Shown here piece after piece: positions 17,959 to 28,314 of a stretch of 64,000 nucleotides of DNA; the first letter of the stretch is position 1; every line of letters begins with the position of its first letter. This DNA is from Candidatus Berkelbacteria bacterium RIFCSPLOWO2_01_FULL_50_28 (GTDB taxonomy: Bacteria > Patescibacteriota > UBA1384 > 2-12-FULL-50-11): contig MEZX01000001.1 in NCBI GenBank assembly GCA_001774395.1, positions 27,643 through 91,642 on the forward strand, written 5' to 3'. Below the pieces are notes generated by a model that saw nothing but the letters and a program-made list of their open reading frames with translations, did not search any database and was not told where the DNA came from. The translations under genes were made by a program, and so were the position numbers.

Positions 17959-19297
17959 TCATCGGTCTTCAGGCCTTCGTTGTCTGGTCGAGCTTACCGG
18001 TTGGGTCCTTGTCGAGCCCTTGCTTTTGCGCAGGGATTCGCCTTGGATCTCGAGCCGGTAGGCGTAGTGGACGAGTCGGTCGAGTGTGGCGTCGGCCAGG
18101 GTCGGATCTCCGATGGCCTCGTGCCAGTGCTCAAGCGGGAGTTGCGCGCAGATCATGGTGGACCTGCGGTCGTACCGGTCGTCGAGGATCTCGAGCAGAT
18201 CGCGCCGGTGGACGTCCGAGAGGGGCGCGACGAGCCAGTCGTCGAGGATGAGCAGATCGATCCTGGCGAGGGAGGCGAGCCGGTTGCGGTACGTGCCGTC
18301 GCCCCGACCAATCTCCAGATCGTGCAGGAGCCTGGGAGCTCTGAAGTAGCGGGTGTCCGGAATGGATCGGAATGGGTGTCCGCTTTGAATTGGAATCACT
18401 GTCCGCTTTGCGTCGGAACGCGCAGCCCGCAACCCAGTCTCAACCTGATGACTTCTCTGATCTTGCGCACGGACAGCTTCTCCTGTCCATCCCGACCACC
18501 TCGTTTCAATTGTGAGAGGCCAAGGATCGCCGATGCGGAGTAGGGCATCGGGCGCCGGGCGAGGATCCCGGAGCATGCCGATCGCTCATTCCGGGGCAGA
18601 ACCGAGAAACGATCGACATGGCCCGGAACATGCGATCGCTTTGGGCCGCTGAATGCAAGCGTTCGTGAATAATAGGAGTGCAATGCCTTTTCTGTCTTCC
18701 TCTCCAGCACTCTTGCCGGAGAAAGGACTGCGCTCAAAACGAGGCAAAAATGTGTTACCTATGTAGAAATCCATGACAACAGCTTGACGCCATGCTCCTT
18801 CAAGCATAGAATGGGTGTGTCGGCGCCGGTTGAAAAGTGCACCGCTGTGCTGGCCCAATAGTGCACCACGCGCGCACGCAGTGTACGCCGGTTTCCCATC
18901 CGGATGAGATTGCGCGAGCAATCTGGGAATCGGGGGCGAGCGAAGCGATGCCCCCTTCCGTGCCTCAGGCCCTGGTTTTGGGGTTGTCTCTCGCCTTGGC
19001 CAGACTGTACGCGAGCCGGTAGCTCTGCCCGTTCATCTCGAGGATGTGCACGTGGTGCGTGAGCCGGTCGAGCATCGCGTGCACGAGGGCTTCGGAGGCG
19101 AGCACCGAGATCCACTCCTCGAAGGGCAGGTTCGTCGTAAGGACGATCGAGCCCCGCTCGTAGCGGTCGGAGACGACGTCGAAGAGGAGTTCGGCCCCGC
19201 TTGCCGGAAGCGGCACGAACCCGAGCTCGTCGAGGACCAGGAGGTCGACCTTCCGCAGAAGGGCGCGCGTGCGGCCATGGGTGGTAGATGAAAGCAC
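17959..19297 (-). mobile_element. IS21-family insertion sequence remnants (two IstB C-terminal fragments flanking an IstA N-terminal fragment)
   Basis: ORF 17959-18576 (RIDLLILDDWLV ... DRLVHYAYRLEIQGESLR) and ORF 18965-19297 (VDLLVLDELGFVP ... DRLTHHVHILEMNGQSYR) are both IstB helper-ATPase C-terminal halves. ORF 18396-18737 carries an IstA-like N-terminal HTH (KIREVIRLRLGCGL). All are truncated. GC is very high. Confidence 0.6.
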
Positions 19298-19300
19298 GCT

Positions 19301-19756
19301 ATGCGTGCCGAGCAGCCAAAAAGTCGTTGGCTGCTGGTCGTGCGTAGCACATTCAAGTCGGCTAAGCGCTCAGTTGCGCAGGTCGCGTTCATCATCATTC
19401 TGATCCCGCTCTCACAGTCATTGGGCTGCAGCAGTGGGCATCAGAAAAAAGCACTTGCCAATAGAACCTACTTCTTAGAATCTGCACTTCCAAACACACC
19501 TACAGCCAACGGTAAGGCTCGGTATTTTCTATCGACCTTGGAGGCCAAAGGACTGCACCGAGTAGACTCAAAACAAAAGGCCAGCACGGTCGTGCACTTT
19601 GGTTATCTTGGTGGAGTGTGGCTCTCACCGCCCGATTCACCGTTCATTGCTGAGTGGAAGGGCCTGCTAGGAAAAACGCCCCAAGACACGGAAGAACAGT
19701 GCAGGTCACTTGCCTCCTATCTTGAGACCTCACGCACAGAGTCAGCCACGAACTGA
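19301..19756 (+). CDS. Hypothetical lipoprotein-like protein
   Basis: Possible lipobox LSQSLGCSSG. 151-aa ORF. Weak. Confidence 0.25.
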   Translation: MRAEQPKSRWLLVVRSTFKSAKRSVAQVAFIIILIPLSQSLGCSSGHQKKALANRTYFLESALPNTPTANGKARYFLSTLEAKGLHRVDSKQKASTVVHFGYLGGVWLSPPDSPFIAEWKGLLGKTPQDTEEQCRSLASYLETSRTESATN

Positions 19757-19935
19757 GGCAACACGTACAGCGACGGCCGGACACTATCTACCGGCCGTCC
19801 TTTTTTTGACAGCCCTTTCCCCAACCCTTATTGCCCTAGCAACAAAAAACCGTCGCGTTGCTTCCGACATCCGGAAAGGTAGGCCGTTCATAACTGCAGA
19901 GCCCTCCGCCCTGAATCAAGGCAAGGAGTCTGAGT

Positions 19936-20202
19936 TTGAAGAGGTTAAGATTTAGCGAGGAGCACGTGGTTCGGGTCCTGCACGTGGCTCATTCGGGCGA
20001 GGCGGTCCGCGAGGTCTGCCCCGCGCATGGAGTGAGCGAGGGCACTCTTTACGTCTCGAAGCGCAAATACTCCGGCATGGAGACGCAGGACGTGAAGCGG
20101 CTGCGCGAGCTTGAAGCCGCGAACGCCGCACCCAAGCGGATCGTGGCGGACCGGGCTCTGGTCATCGACGCGACGGGCAAGCTGATCCAAGAATCCGGGT
20201 AG
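19936..20202 (+). pseudogene. IS3-family transposase OrfA (HTH) fragment
   Basis: MKRLRFSEEHVVRVLHVAHSGEAVREVCPAHGVSEGTLYVSKRKYSGMETQDVKRLRELEAANAAPKRIVADRAL matches IS3/IS911 OrfA. No OrfB follows. Confidence 0.6.
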
Positions 20203-20481
20203 GTGCGCCCCAAAGACGCCAGGGAGCGCGGATAGCCGGGCCAGAGAAACCAGGCGTCTCGGTGATGCTTGCCGGTGACACCGACCATGGTGTCCCGGAC
20301 GAACACGGAAAGCTGCTCGGTAATGCCCTTATACAGCCTATTGAAGCCCGCTTCACCCAATCCGTCGTCGGTCCCAAGCGCATCTCGCAGATCTGACTGA
20401 AGGTCATGACGAATCCTTGCAATGCCCCTAAGAGCCTCGAACTCCCAAAGCAAGGGATCGTCGACAAGCGCACTCTCAGAA

Positions 20482-21279
20482 TCAGTATAGTTTCTCATCG
20501 GCCAAACACACATTATACACGCCAAGTCGGCGTTCATAGAAATGAATCATAGTGTCGATGCTTGTCGTAATGTTGTCCACCAGAGACAGTGCCTGTTTCA
20601 TGATGGGTCCGTGAGTGTCACCGTCGAGTTGAATATGTGCCCTTAGAAACGCACAATAGCGATCAAATCGCGGATCGTTAATCTTCAGGATCGCCTTCTC
20701 AAGATTGTCGAAGGCTGTTGTTAGGGTAAGTTCCCTTAGCGCTACTGTCGAAAGTGCCCTCTGATAGGTTCCCGCACAACTCTCACTAAAAACCATGTAA
20801 TCGATTGCCTTCGGATGAAAGCCCTCGCGTTTCATCAATATTTGGAGATTTCCGGCCGCGACACTAGCAACTAGTGCCTCGATCGGGCCAGTGTCAATAC
20901 CAGCGTCCTGTGCTGCCTCCAACATGGCCACATAATGGGGCCCGCACTCAGTCCGCTTTGTAGGTATGTTGTTTGTGGACAGTTCTTCGTCCGAAAGAGA
21001 TAACAGCAAGTGGAGGAAGGTCCCATCCTCTTGAACCGCGAAAGGATGCTCTGGCAACGCAGATAGATAACCCCGAAGACACCCTAAGAGATTACCGTAG
21101 AAGCATACGGTAAACAGAAGGCTCGCACGTACCATGTTGTCGATTGAGCGATCCGGGTGCACCAAGTTGACTGCCTCGTGATCGTAAATGCGCCGCGTAA
21201 CCGCTTCCAAACGCGGGTACTTGGCATCAGCTTGGAAGCTGCCTGGGAAGTCCAAGAAGGGCGACTGTATGGGTGTCAT
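20482..21279 (-). CDS. Hypothetical protein translationally coupled to the ABC ATPase gene (possible all-alpha / heme-oxygenase-like fold)
   Basis: 265-aa ORF. Its start overlaps the upstream ATPase stop by 4 nt (ATGA). No motif could be assigned with confidence. Confidence 0.5.
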   Translation of the reverse strand: MTPIQSPFLDFPGSFQADAKYPRLEAVTRRIYDHEAVNLVHPDRSIDNMVRASLLFTVCFYGNLLGCLRGYLSALPEHPFAVQEDGTFLHLLLSLSDEELSTNNIPTKRTECGPHYVAMLEAAQDAGIDTGPIEALVASVAAGNLQILMKREGFHPKAIDYMVFSESCAGTYQRALSTVALRELTLTTAFDNLEKAILKINDPRFDRYCAFLRAHIQLDGDTHGPIMKQALSLVDNITTSIDTMIHFYERRLGVYNVCLADEKLY

Positions 21280-22019
21280 GCTGTTTCGTCCTCGGTGAGT
21301 TCGTCCGATGCAATCAGAAACTCTCTAAGTCGCGGGGAGGTGGGACTTGACAGAATCGAAACGCCACCAACTTCGTGGAGTCTCCCGTGATCAAGGAAGG
21401 CTACCCGATCCGTGATGCGGCGAACAAACGGAATGGAGTGGGAGACGAGAATGACGGCGGTGCCTTCATCCCGGAGGTTTGTGATTGTTTGCCGAAGTGT
21501 TCGCACATGCTCGACATCAATGGCGGCCGTTACTTCGTCCAGTAGCAGAACCGAAGGCTTCAGCGCAAGTGCCCTACATAGGGCGAAGAGCTGGCGTTGA
21601 CCACCCGAAACCTGGTTTGGAAACCGGCTGGCGAGCTCAGAGATCCCAAATCGGGCCATAAAATCAATTGCGCACTTGACCGCCGGTCCGCCCGGCTCCT
21701 TGCCTATTGGAAGCATGACATTGTCGCGCAGTGTCAGGTGCGGCCACAGGCAAAGCCCCTGAAAGACCAGCGTAACGGTGGGCCAGGGCCGGTTTGTGCG
21801 TATTGGATCGCAAGGGAACTTATAGTGGAAGCCGCTAATGGCCAATGACCCCTCATCGGCAGCATCGATTCCAGCGATAATTCGGAGCAACGTGCTCTTA
21901 CCGGCACCGCTTGGGCCGACGATCCCCGTCACCGTTCCTGCCTCCACATTTATGGAGACGTCATCGAGAATGACATTCCCTCGAAGCACTTTCCTCAAGC
22001 CCTTTGCGCACACAACCAT
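21276..22019 (-). CDS. ABC transporter ATP-binding protein (polar amino-acid importer type)
   Basis: Walker A GPSGAGKST, signature LSGGQRQ, Walker B LLLDEVTAAID. Confidence 0.85.
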   Translation of the reverse strand: MVVCAKGLRKVLRGNVILDDVSINVEAGTVTGIVGPSGAGKSTLLRIIAGIDAADEGSLAISGFHYKFPCDPIRTNRPWPTVTLVFQGLCLWPHLTLRDNVMLPIGKEPGGPAVKCAIDFMARFGISELASRFPNQVSGGQRQLFALCRALALKPSVLLLDEVTAAIDVEHVRTLRQTITNLRDEGTAVILVSHSIPFVRRITDRVAFLDHGRLHEVGGVSILSSPTSPRLREFLIASDELTEDETA

Positions 22020-22679
22020 CTAAGTCTCGGAGTAATCCCGGCTAACATGCTTTTGAAGAACGTTGGCCACAATATAGACGGGCACGGTTGCCAAAAGGAA
22101 AAATAGCGCCAACGCGGTGTAGATTTCCACGGGTTTGTAGATTTGAGCGTTGATCCGCTGGGCCGCTCGGAAGACTTCGTCAACTGAAATGAAGCTCGTA
22201 AATAGGCTGGCGTGAAGCATATTCATCTGGACGATCAGAATTCCCGGCAAGGCGTGGCGGGCGATCAAGGGGAGCGTGATCCTCCAAGAGATCGTCGAGC
22301 GTGGCAGACCACAGACGAGGGCGGCCAACCTATACTGGTTCGGGCATTCTACGTAACACTGCCGCCAGATGTCTGCCACCCAAAAGACATTCAACGTCGC
22401 CAAAGCAACGATAGAAGTGACCCTTGGGTCCACGACGATACCGAGCATATACTGTGCGGGGTAATGAAGCCAAAACAGCCAGACAACGATCGGGATACCG
22501 GCAAGACCAATGGCAAGGCAACGGACGGGGACGCCAACGCTTAATCTAAACCGCCCAGCAGCAACACCGAGAGGCGTCCCCAACAGCAGACCAATACCCC
22601 AGATGCAAGTGCACAGCAACATCGTCGTTCGCAAGCCGCCGAGAAATTCGGACGAGTGCTCTGTGAGGATCTTTAGCAT
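22020..22679 (-). CDS. ABC transporter permease (polar amino-acid family)
   Basis: Multi-TM protein with a conserved EAA-like loop region (ARHALPGILIVQMNMLHASL). Position between the SBP and ATPase genes. Confidence 0.75.
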   Translation of the reverse strand: MLKILTEHSSEFLGGLRTTMLLCTCIWGIGLLLGTPLGVAAGRFRLSVGVPVRCLAIGLAGIPIVVWLFWLHYPAQYMLGIVVDPRVTSIVALATLNVFWVADIWRQCYVECPNQYRLAALVCGLPRSTISWRITLPLIARHALPGILIVQMNMLHASLFTSFISVDEVFRAAQRINAQIYKPVEIYTALALFFLLATVPVYIVANVLQKHVSRDYSET

Positions 22680-22694
22680 AGTATGAATCCTCTG

Positions 22695-23564
22695 CTACTG
22701 TGATGCAAATGGAGTGGCAACTCGATAGAAAAGAAGGCTATCGCCTTCATATTTCTTGATTATCTTGTCAAGTGCACCGCTATATTGAAGCTCCTGCAAC
22801 GAGTTGTCAATCATAGATTTGAACTGAGGCTCGTTCTTGGGCATGATAAACACGTCCGCAAAGATGCGGAGTGGCTTGTCGACCGCAAGATTCTTCACTG
22901 ATCCCGGATTGCTTGAAAGGAATCGCATCCCCTGGTAGGGTTCAGCAAAGAAGACATCCGCTTTCTTTCCGACGATGTCCAGAAAGAGCTGAGATTCGGA
23001 GGTATGGTCAGGATAGGAAACGATTTTGGCGTTCGGAAACTGGGTTTGAGCGATCAGCATCGGTGTTGAACCATCAATGGCCGCGATTCGGATGTCAGGG
23101 TCGTTCAAAGAGGCCCAGTCGTTTGTCGGAGCGATTCGAGATTCACCTGGTCGAACCCAGATGCCGATTCCGCTGTAGTAAGCGGGCACCGATAGGGTTG
23201 CGAGTTTGCCGCGGGCGGCGTTCGCCCAAACGCCCACCCCGATCATGTCGTAGCGTCCGGTTTCAAGACCCTCCAGAAGGCTTGCCCAACTGACTTCCTC
23301 GTTGAACTCAACCTTGAGCTTGAGGTTCTTCGCCATCTCCCGCAGAGAATCGGGAAAGATTCCCGAAACTGCCTTGGTCTTGGGGTCGACTATGCCCGCA
23401 GGGGGATAATTGACGAAGGCTGCACGTATGACCCCGGAGTCGATAACGCGTTGGTAGGCGGAGGTTCCTCCGACAGCCGGAGACTTGCTTGGTTGGCAAC
23501 CCAAAACCGCCAATACCATCAATCCAACGGCGACCCCGATCCGAGTTCTGCTTGACTTTCTCAT
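22695..23564 (-). CDS. ABC transporter substrate-binding lipoprotein (SBP family 3, amino-acid binding)
   Basis: Lipoprotein signal (LAVLGCQPS). Family-3 SBP-like sequence. First gene of the operon. Confidence 0.75.
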   Translation of the reverse strand: MRKSSRTRIGVAVGLMVLAVLGCQPSKSPAVGGTSAYQRVIDSGVIRAAFVNYPPAGIVDPKTKAVSGIFPDSLREMAKNLKLKVEFNEEVSWASLLEGLETGRYDMIGVGVWANAARGKLATLSVPAYYSGIGIWVRPGESRIAPTNDWASLNDPDIRIAAIDGSTPMLIAQTQFPNAKIVSYPDHTSESQLFLDIVGKKADVFFAEPYQGMRFLSSNPGSVKNLAVDKPLRIFADVFIMPKNEPQFKSMIDNSLQELQYSGALDKIIKKYEGDSLLFYRVATPFASQ

Positions 23565-24015
23565 GGACTGCAGTGTAGAGGAAGGAGCATGAGATGAGAG
23601 ACACTCTCACGTTTGAGGAACGTTAGATCGGTTCATTCTTGAAGTGTCGTGGACCCTGCATATCTCACTGCGTCAACTGGGTCGAACTACTGTCAGACTT
23701 TACCAGGGAATCACGATGAGCTTGTTCATGGGATCGCGCCTGGTCACTGCACGGAGCCCTCGCCGTCCAACGGTGAGGGCTCCCTGTGGGTCGAAGCCCG
23801 ACGACGAAGCCTAGTGAGACTCGCTTAGTTACTCATCACCACCTCCATGACCTGAAGTTTGGGATAGAAGTCGAGGAGCGATCACAACTCTCACGTTTTC
23901 CGAACGCTAGGACGACTTATCTTGCGGATGGACGTTGGAATGGAGGCACCAACAGGCCAAACCAAAAAGGACCCTCACCTGGACAGGTGAGGGTCTTGGA
24001 TGGGACGCAGCCCAG

Positions 24016-24474
24016 CTATGATCGGTCAGAGGCGAGTAGGGGTCTGTACCCAATCTTTACCTCTTCCTTCTCGACGCTGAACGAGATACCCAGGCGTTCC
24101 GCATTGTCAATGCAGAACTGACCCAGCGCAGACTCGTTCTGTCGCCGATTCGCAGCTGGAGGCGGGAAGAGTTCGAGGAGCTCCCGCTTGGACCCCGGAT
24201 ACCGGCCATCCTCTCGGAATGTGCCGCCCAGTTCATAGCGAACAAGGCAGCCCACAGCCTGATGGACGGTCGGAGCGACGCAACCGAAATCAGTTCCGGT
24301 GAACGCCGCGACCCAGTTGCTTGCGCTCTTGGATCTGCCGATTACAGGCAATGATTGAATCTGTTGTAGAAGTACGTTCATGATTCCTCCTGTCCCCTGA
24401 GCCAAAACCGACCCAAAAGCACAGCGCGCATCGTAGCAAAGTGGAAGGTTGCTGTCAAGGGGTTTTGAGGCCAT
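24016..24474 (-). CDS. Hypothetical protein
   Basis: 152-aa ORF in the island. No recognisable domain. Low coding confidence. Confidence 0.25.
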   Translation of the reverse strand: MASKPLDSNLPLCYDARCAFGSVLAQGTGGIMNVLLQQIQSLPVIGRSKSASNWVAAFTGTDFGCVAPTVHQAVGCLVRYELGGTFREDGRYPGSKRELLELFPPPAANRRQNESALGQFCIDNAERLGISFSVEKEEVKIGYRPLLASDRS

Positions 24475-24730
24475 TTCCGGGCGGCTGTTAGGAAGCCAGT
24501 TAGAGGCTATAGCGCTGTCTGCAGTCCTTGAGAATCTGTCTGGAGTCTAGCCTGGCAGGCACGACGACACTTCAGCGGCTTCGCCGACGATGGTCGCGGA
24601 GTGGTGTTTCAATCCCATTTCCTTGATGAAGACCACTTTTCGCTTTCCAAACCCTATGTGTCAGGAGAGCTTCCAGCAGAGTTTCGCCAGGCTGTCCAAG
24701 AGGCCTATGATTGGTGGATGAAACTGTTCG

Positions 24731-25516
24731 GTGGTGGGGGCTCTTGTTGCATTGAAGGCTGATCGCGTCACGGAGGTCTCAGCACGGCCGTTCTACTTGT
24801 TCTTGGTGCTTGCCTTGGGTGGTCTGTTTGTTTCCGTATCACTAGCCGCCAACTATCTTCTTGGATCGGACTATATTCCGTGCCTTGCTGCTGCCGATTG
24901 TGACGGAGTTGTAAGTAGTCGGTATCCACTAGGCGATCCCAATGCGGACCTTAAGCTGGTAGTATTCTCAGACCTTATCTGCCCAGCCTGCAAGTCGGTT
25001 GTACCTCGACTTATTGCTGAGGTTCGGCGAAATCAACCCTCGTATCTGGTCTACCGGCATTTCCCGCTAAAATCCCATTCTGATGCCCGCTTTGCGGCGG
25101 CCGTTGCGGAAGTCGCGGCCGAGGTCAGTTGCCATTGCCTGACACACGGCGACCGTCCTCTCCCACTCGGGATTCTCGCGACCATTCGTCAGGTTCATGG
25201 GCAGACACACGTTATATTTTGTAAGGGCCGGATACCGCTTGAGTGCGGTCTCAAACGACTGCACGACTTGACTGCGTTCGGACGCTCGAAATCGTGCCCG
25301 ACCGGAGGCATCTGGGGAGAGGAAGTACTTGGCTTGCCAGCCTTCGAGTTCGCCCGATGGCCGCTCAAATGTCGCCTCGACTCCCCCCTCAGGCGGACGA
25401 AATCTGCGAAAGGCACCCGATTCAAGAAGTCGGTCGATACGAGCGACTTGGCAGCAAAACTCCTCAAAGCCCGCCGAAGCGCTGCCGTCAACGTGCCGGA
25501 TGTAACGGAAGTCTAG
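24731..25516 (+). CDS. DsbA/thioredoxin-like thiol:disulfide oxidoreductase, possibly disrupted in its C-terminal half
   Basis: N-terminal TM followed by VVFSDLICPACKSVVP (CxxC active site). The distal half is unusual and overlaps an antisense 153-aa ORF. Confidence 0.35.
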   Translation: MVGALVALKADRVTEVSARPFYLFLVLALGGLFVSVSLAANYLLGSDYIPCLAAADCDGVVSSRYPLGDPNADLKLVVFSDLICPACKSVVPRLIAEVRRNQPSYLVYRHFPLKSHSDARFAAAVAEVAAEVSCHCLTHGDRPLPLGILATIRQVHGQTHVIFCKGRIPLECGLKRLHDLTAFGRSKSCPTGGIWGEEVLGLPAFEFARWPLKCRLDSPLRRTKSAKGTRFKKSVDTSDLAAKLLKARRSAAVNVPDVTEV

Positions 25517-26727
25517 GGACTGGGGCATTGGATTCGTGGACGATTTGAAGCTGTACCGCTCACCATTCGTCTACATATAATACCGAAGGGCGGGCAATGC
25601 TAGGGTCGGAAGCCAAAATTGGCAGGAAGAACGTCACCATCGACTATGCTGAAGTGCGGCTAGGACATCCTTCGACCGTTGAAATGTGGGGATCGGTCGC
25701 CAAACAACGAGTAGTGTGTGCAACTCCATTTGCGACCTTTTCTGAGAGCATTCACGCTGGGATCAGAGATGTCCAATCCCGATCCCAGCGGAAACGCTGC
25801 CACAAAATGCCACAACCTAATCTCCGCGATCATGGCGCACATCGCGCGCTAAAGCTTTCGCGGGACCTCTCGTCTCGCTGCTGATGCCGGCGTCTCCAAG
25901 TCCACGATCAGCCACCTCGTGCGGGGGCTGAACAATCCCCTGTATATCACGGCTTGCCAGGTCGTCAAGACCCTGGAGTTCCAACTTGGCCGTTCGCTCC
26001 ATCTCGACGAGGTCATTTCGCTCGACGGATCGTATCCGACATCAGCAAGGCCATCGACGGGCTGGTCAGGACCGGGCTCATTATTGTTCGGGATTTGTCT
26101 GGTCAGCCGCTGACTAGCGCTCGTGATCGGCGGCAATCGCATTCTCGTCTCAGCTTCAGCCTCAATCCCGATCTGGCGTCCACTCGGTTCCAAGAGCAGT
26201 TCGCTCATGCGCGTTTTCAGATTTCAAAAAGAAGGAACAACAAAAGAAAGTTATACAAAAGAAAACAACAACAGCTGTTTGAGCGACTCGACGGGATCAG
26301 CCCTCATGAGCAAGGAAGGAAGCTCGGGGAATGACAATCTGGTTAGGAGGTCGGATCAATCTCCACCTTCCGACCGTAGCTGATCGCGTACCAGACACAG
26401 TTGTAGAGCAGAGTCGGGTCGTTCTCAAAGTCATCCAGCCGGAGTCGAAGAGCCGGACCAGTACTACCTTGCACCAGGTCCACGAATTCTGGAAGAGTCC
26501 TTTCAAGTGCTTCAGCAGCTCCGATTGGCATCTTCTTCATTGCCTGAATCTAACAAAGATCACGCCTGGCGGCAAGGCAGCTTAGATGTTGCGCCTGCCG
26601 GTTCCGAACGCTCAGGAGGTCGAGGAGTTCAGGGTCTTGTGCGAACGGCGGTTTTCTGTAACGCTCTCTAGCGCAGAGGCCTTGGATTGGGCGACCCGCC
26701 TACTCCACCTCTTCTACCTAACAAGCC

Positions 26728-28314
26728 ATGAGATATATTCTTTACGCCAGGAAGAGTAGCGAGTCTGAGGAACGCCAGGTCCAGAGCATCGACGATCAAC
26801 TCCGCGTGGTTCGAGACTTCGCCAAGAGGTCCGGTCTTGACGTGGTCGCCGAATTGACCGAGGCGCATTCCGCCAAAGCGCCCGGGACACGACCGGTCTT
26901 TGCCGAACTCCTCGCCCGGATCGAGCGAGGCGAAGCCGAAGGGATCGTCTGCTGGAGTATCAACCGGCTGGCCCGCAATCCCGTCGATTCTGGTCAGTTG
27001 AGCTGGCTCTTGCAGCGAGGCGTTCTCAAGTCCATCCGAACCATCGACCGGGAGTATCTGCCCGAGGACAACGTCCTGCTGATGGCGGTCGAGTCGGGCG
27101 TAGCCAACCAGTACATCCTCGATCTGCGCAAGGCCGTCATCCGCGGCATGGAAGGCAAGGCCGCCCGGGGTTGGATTCCCAATCGACCTCCCCAAGGGTA
27201 CGGCGTCAATCCGCTGACCAAGGAGATCGATCCCATCGAACCGCAGTTCCAATTGCTTCGACAGGCCTGGGATTTGCTTCTAACCGGCGCCTACACGGTG
27301 CCCCAGATACGATCAAAGTTACAATCCTGGGGCTACACCTATGGGAAGCTCGGTGCACCAGCTAAGCCCCTCTTTGCCGAATCTCACCTCTATCGAATCT
27401 TCGACAACCGCTTCTACTGCGGCTCTTTCACCTTTCGCGGCCAGACCTACCAGGGCCGGCACCGGGTGATGGTCAGCCCAGAGGAGTTTGATCGAGCCCA
27501 GGGGATCTTACACAAAGACAACCGGATTCAGCCCCAGAGGCATGAATTCCCGTTCACCGGACTCATCCGTTGTGGGCGCTGCGGTTGCCTGGTCACCGCC
27601 GAGCGCAAGATCAAACACTACAAGACGACCGCCCGAACGGCGGCCTACGAGTACTACCACTGCACACACCGCAAGGGTGACTGTAAAGAGGTCAGCGTCA
27701 CCGGCCCATATATCGACTCGACCATCGCCTGCGAACTTGAGAGCGTCCTGATCGATCCGGAATTCGGCCAATGGCTCCTCAAGGCCTTGGAACGGTTTTG
27801 GGACGAGCAGCCTCCGGTTGACCCCAAATTGATCAAACAGCACCAAGAACACGTTCGTGCGACCGAACAGAAACTCGAACGATTGATCCAGCTTAGGCTG
27901 GCCGGGGAACTGGACGCCCAGGAGTTCAGCCGCATCAAGACCCAAACTCAGGGAGAACTGGCCGATGGCCGAAGACAGCTTGAGAGTTTGTCAAAACGAG
28001 CCTCAACCGGACGACAGGCTCTCATCAATGCCGTTCGGTTCGGCCTCGATGCCCCGCGGCATTTTGCCGAAAACGACACTCATCTGAAAAGGTATGTCGC
28101 GACGATGTTTGGCATTCGCTACGTTCTCACTCTGGGAAAGCTGGAAATCACACCGCATCCGCTGCTGACGCAATTGGCCGCGTTAGAACCTCCAAAATCG
28201 CCACGCAATATGGTTGGAGCCGGGGCTTTGCGCCCCGACGCTCCCATTGAGTGGAGCTGGCGGGAGTTGAACCCGCGTCCGAAAACAAACGAACCAAATC
28301 ATCTACAAGCTTAG
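26728..28314 (+). CDS. Large serine recombinase (integrase/resolvase)
   Basis: N-terminal resolvase catalytic domain (YARKSSESEERQVQSIDDQ ... RLARN), recombinase domain (GWIPNRPPQGYG), zinc-ribbon Cys cluster (CGRCGC...YYHC...C), C-terminal coiled-coil. 528 aa. Confidence 0.85.
   Translation: MRYILYARKSSESEERQVQSIDDQLRVVRDFAKRSGLDVVAELTEAHSAKAPGTRPVFAELLARIERGEAEGIVCWSINRLARNPVDSGQLSWLLQRGVLKSIRTIDREYLPEDNVLLMAVESGVANQYILDLRKAVIRGMEGKAARGWIPNRPPQGYGVNPLTKEIDPIEPQFQLLRQAWDLLLTGAYTVPQIRSKLQSWGYTYGKLGAPAKPLFAESHLYRIFDNRFYCGSFTFRGQTYQGRHRVMVSPEEFDRAQGILHKDNRIQPQRHEFPFTGLIRCGRCGCLVTAERKIKHYKTTARTAAYEYYHCTHRKGDCKEVSVTGPYIDSTIACELESVLIDPEFGQWLLKALERFWDEQPPVDPKLIKQHQEHVRATEQKLERLIQLRLAGELDAQEFSRIKTQTQGELADGRRQLESLSKRASTGRQALINAVRFGLDAPRHFAENDTHLKRYVATMFGIRYVLTLGKLEITPHPLLTQLAALEPPKSPRNMVGAGALRPDAPIEWSWRELNPRPKTNEPNHLQA
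28252..28280 (-). other. tRNA 3'-end fragment (T-arm + acceptor 3' strand): putative att remnant overlapping the recombinase 3' end
   Basis: Reverse complement is GGACGCGGGTTCAACTCCCGCCAGCTCCA, i.e. T-stem GCGGG, T-loop UUCAACU, T-stem CCCGC, acceptor strand CAGCUCC, discriminator A. No matching 5' half or D/anticodon arms were found. Confidence 0.6.

Noticed and set aside
17940-19400. Multiple long + strand ORFs (e.g. 17953-18543, 19046-19291, 19033-19398) with Arg/Gly/Pro-rich translations
   Set aside because: They are antisense or alternative frames across the GC-rich IS21 fragments. Their composition-driven amino-acid bias marks them as shadow ORFs.
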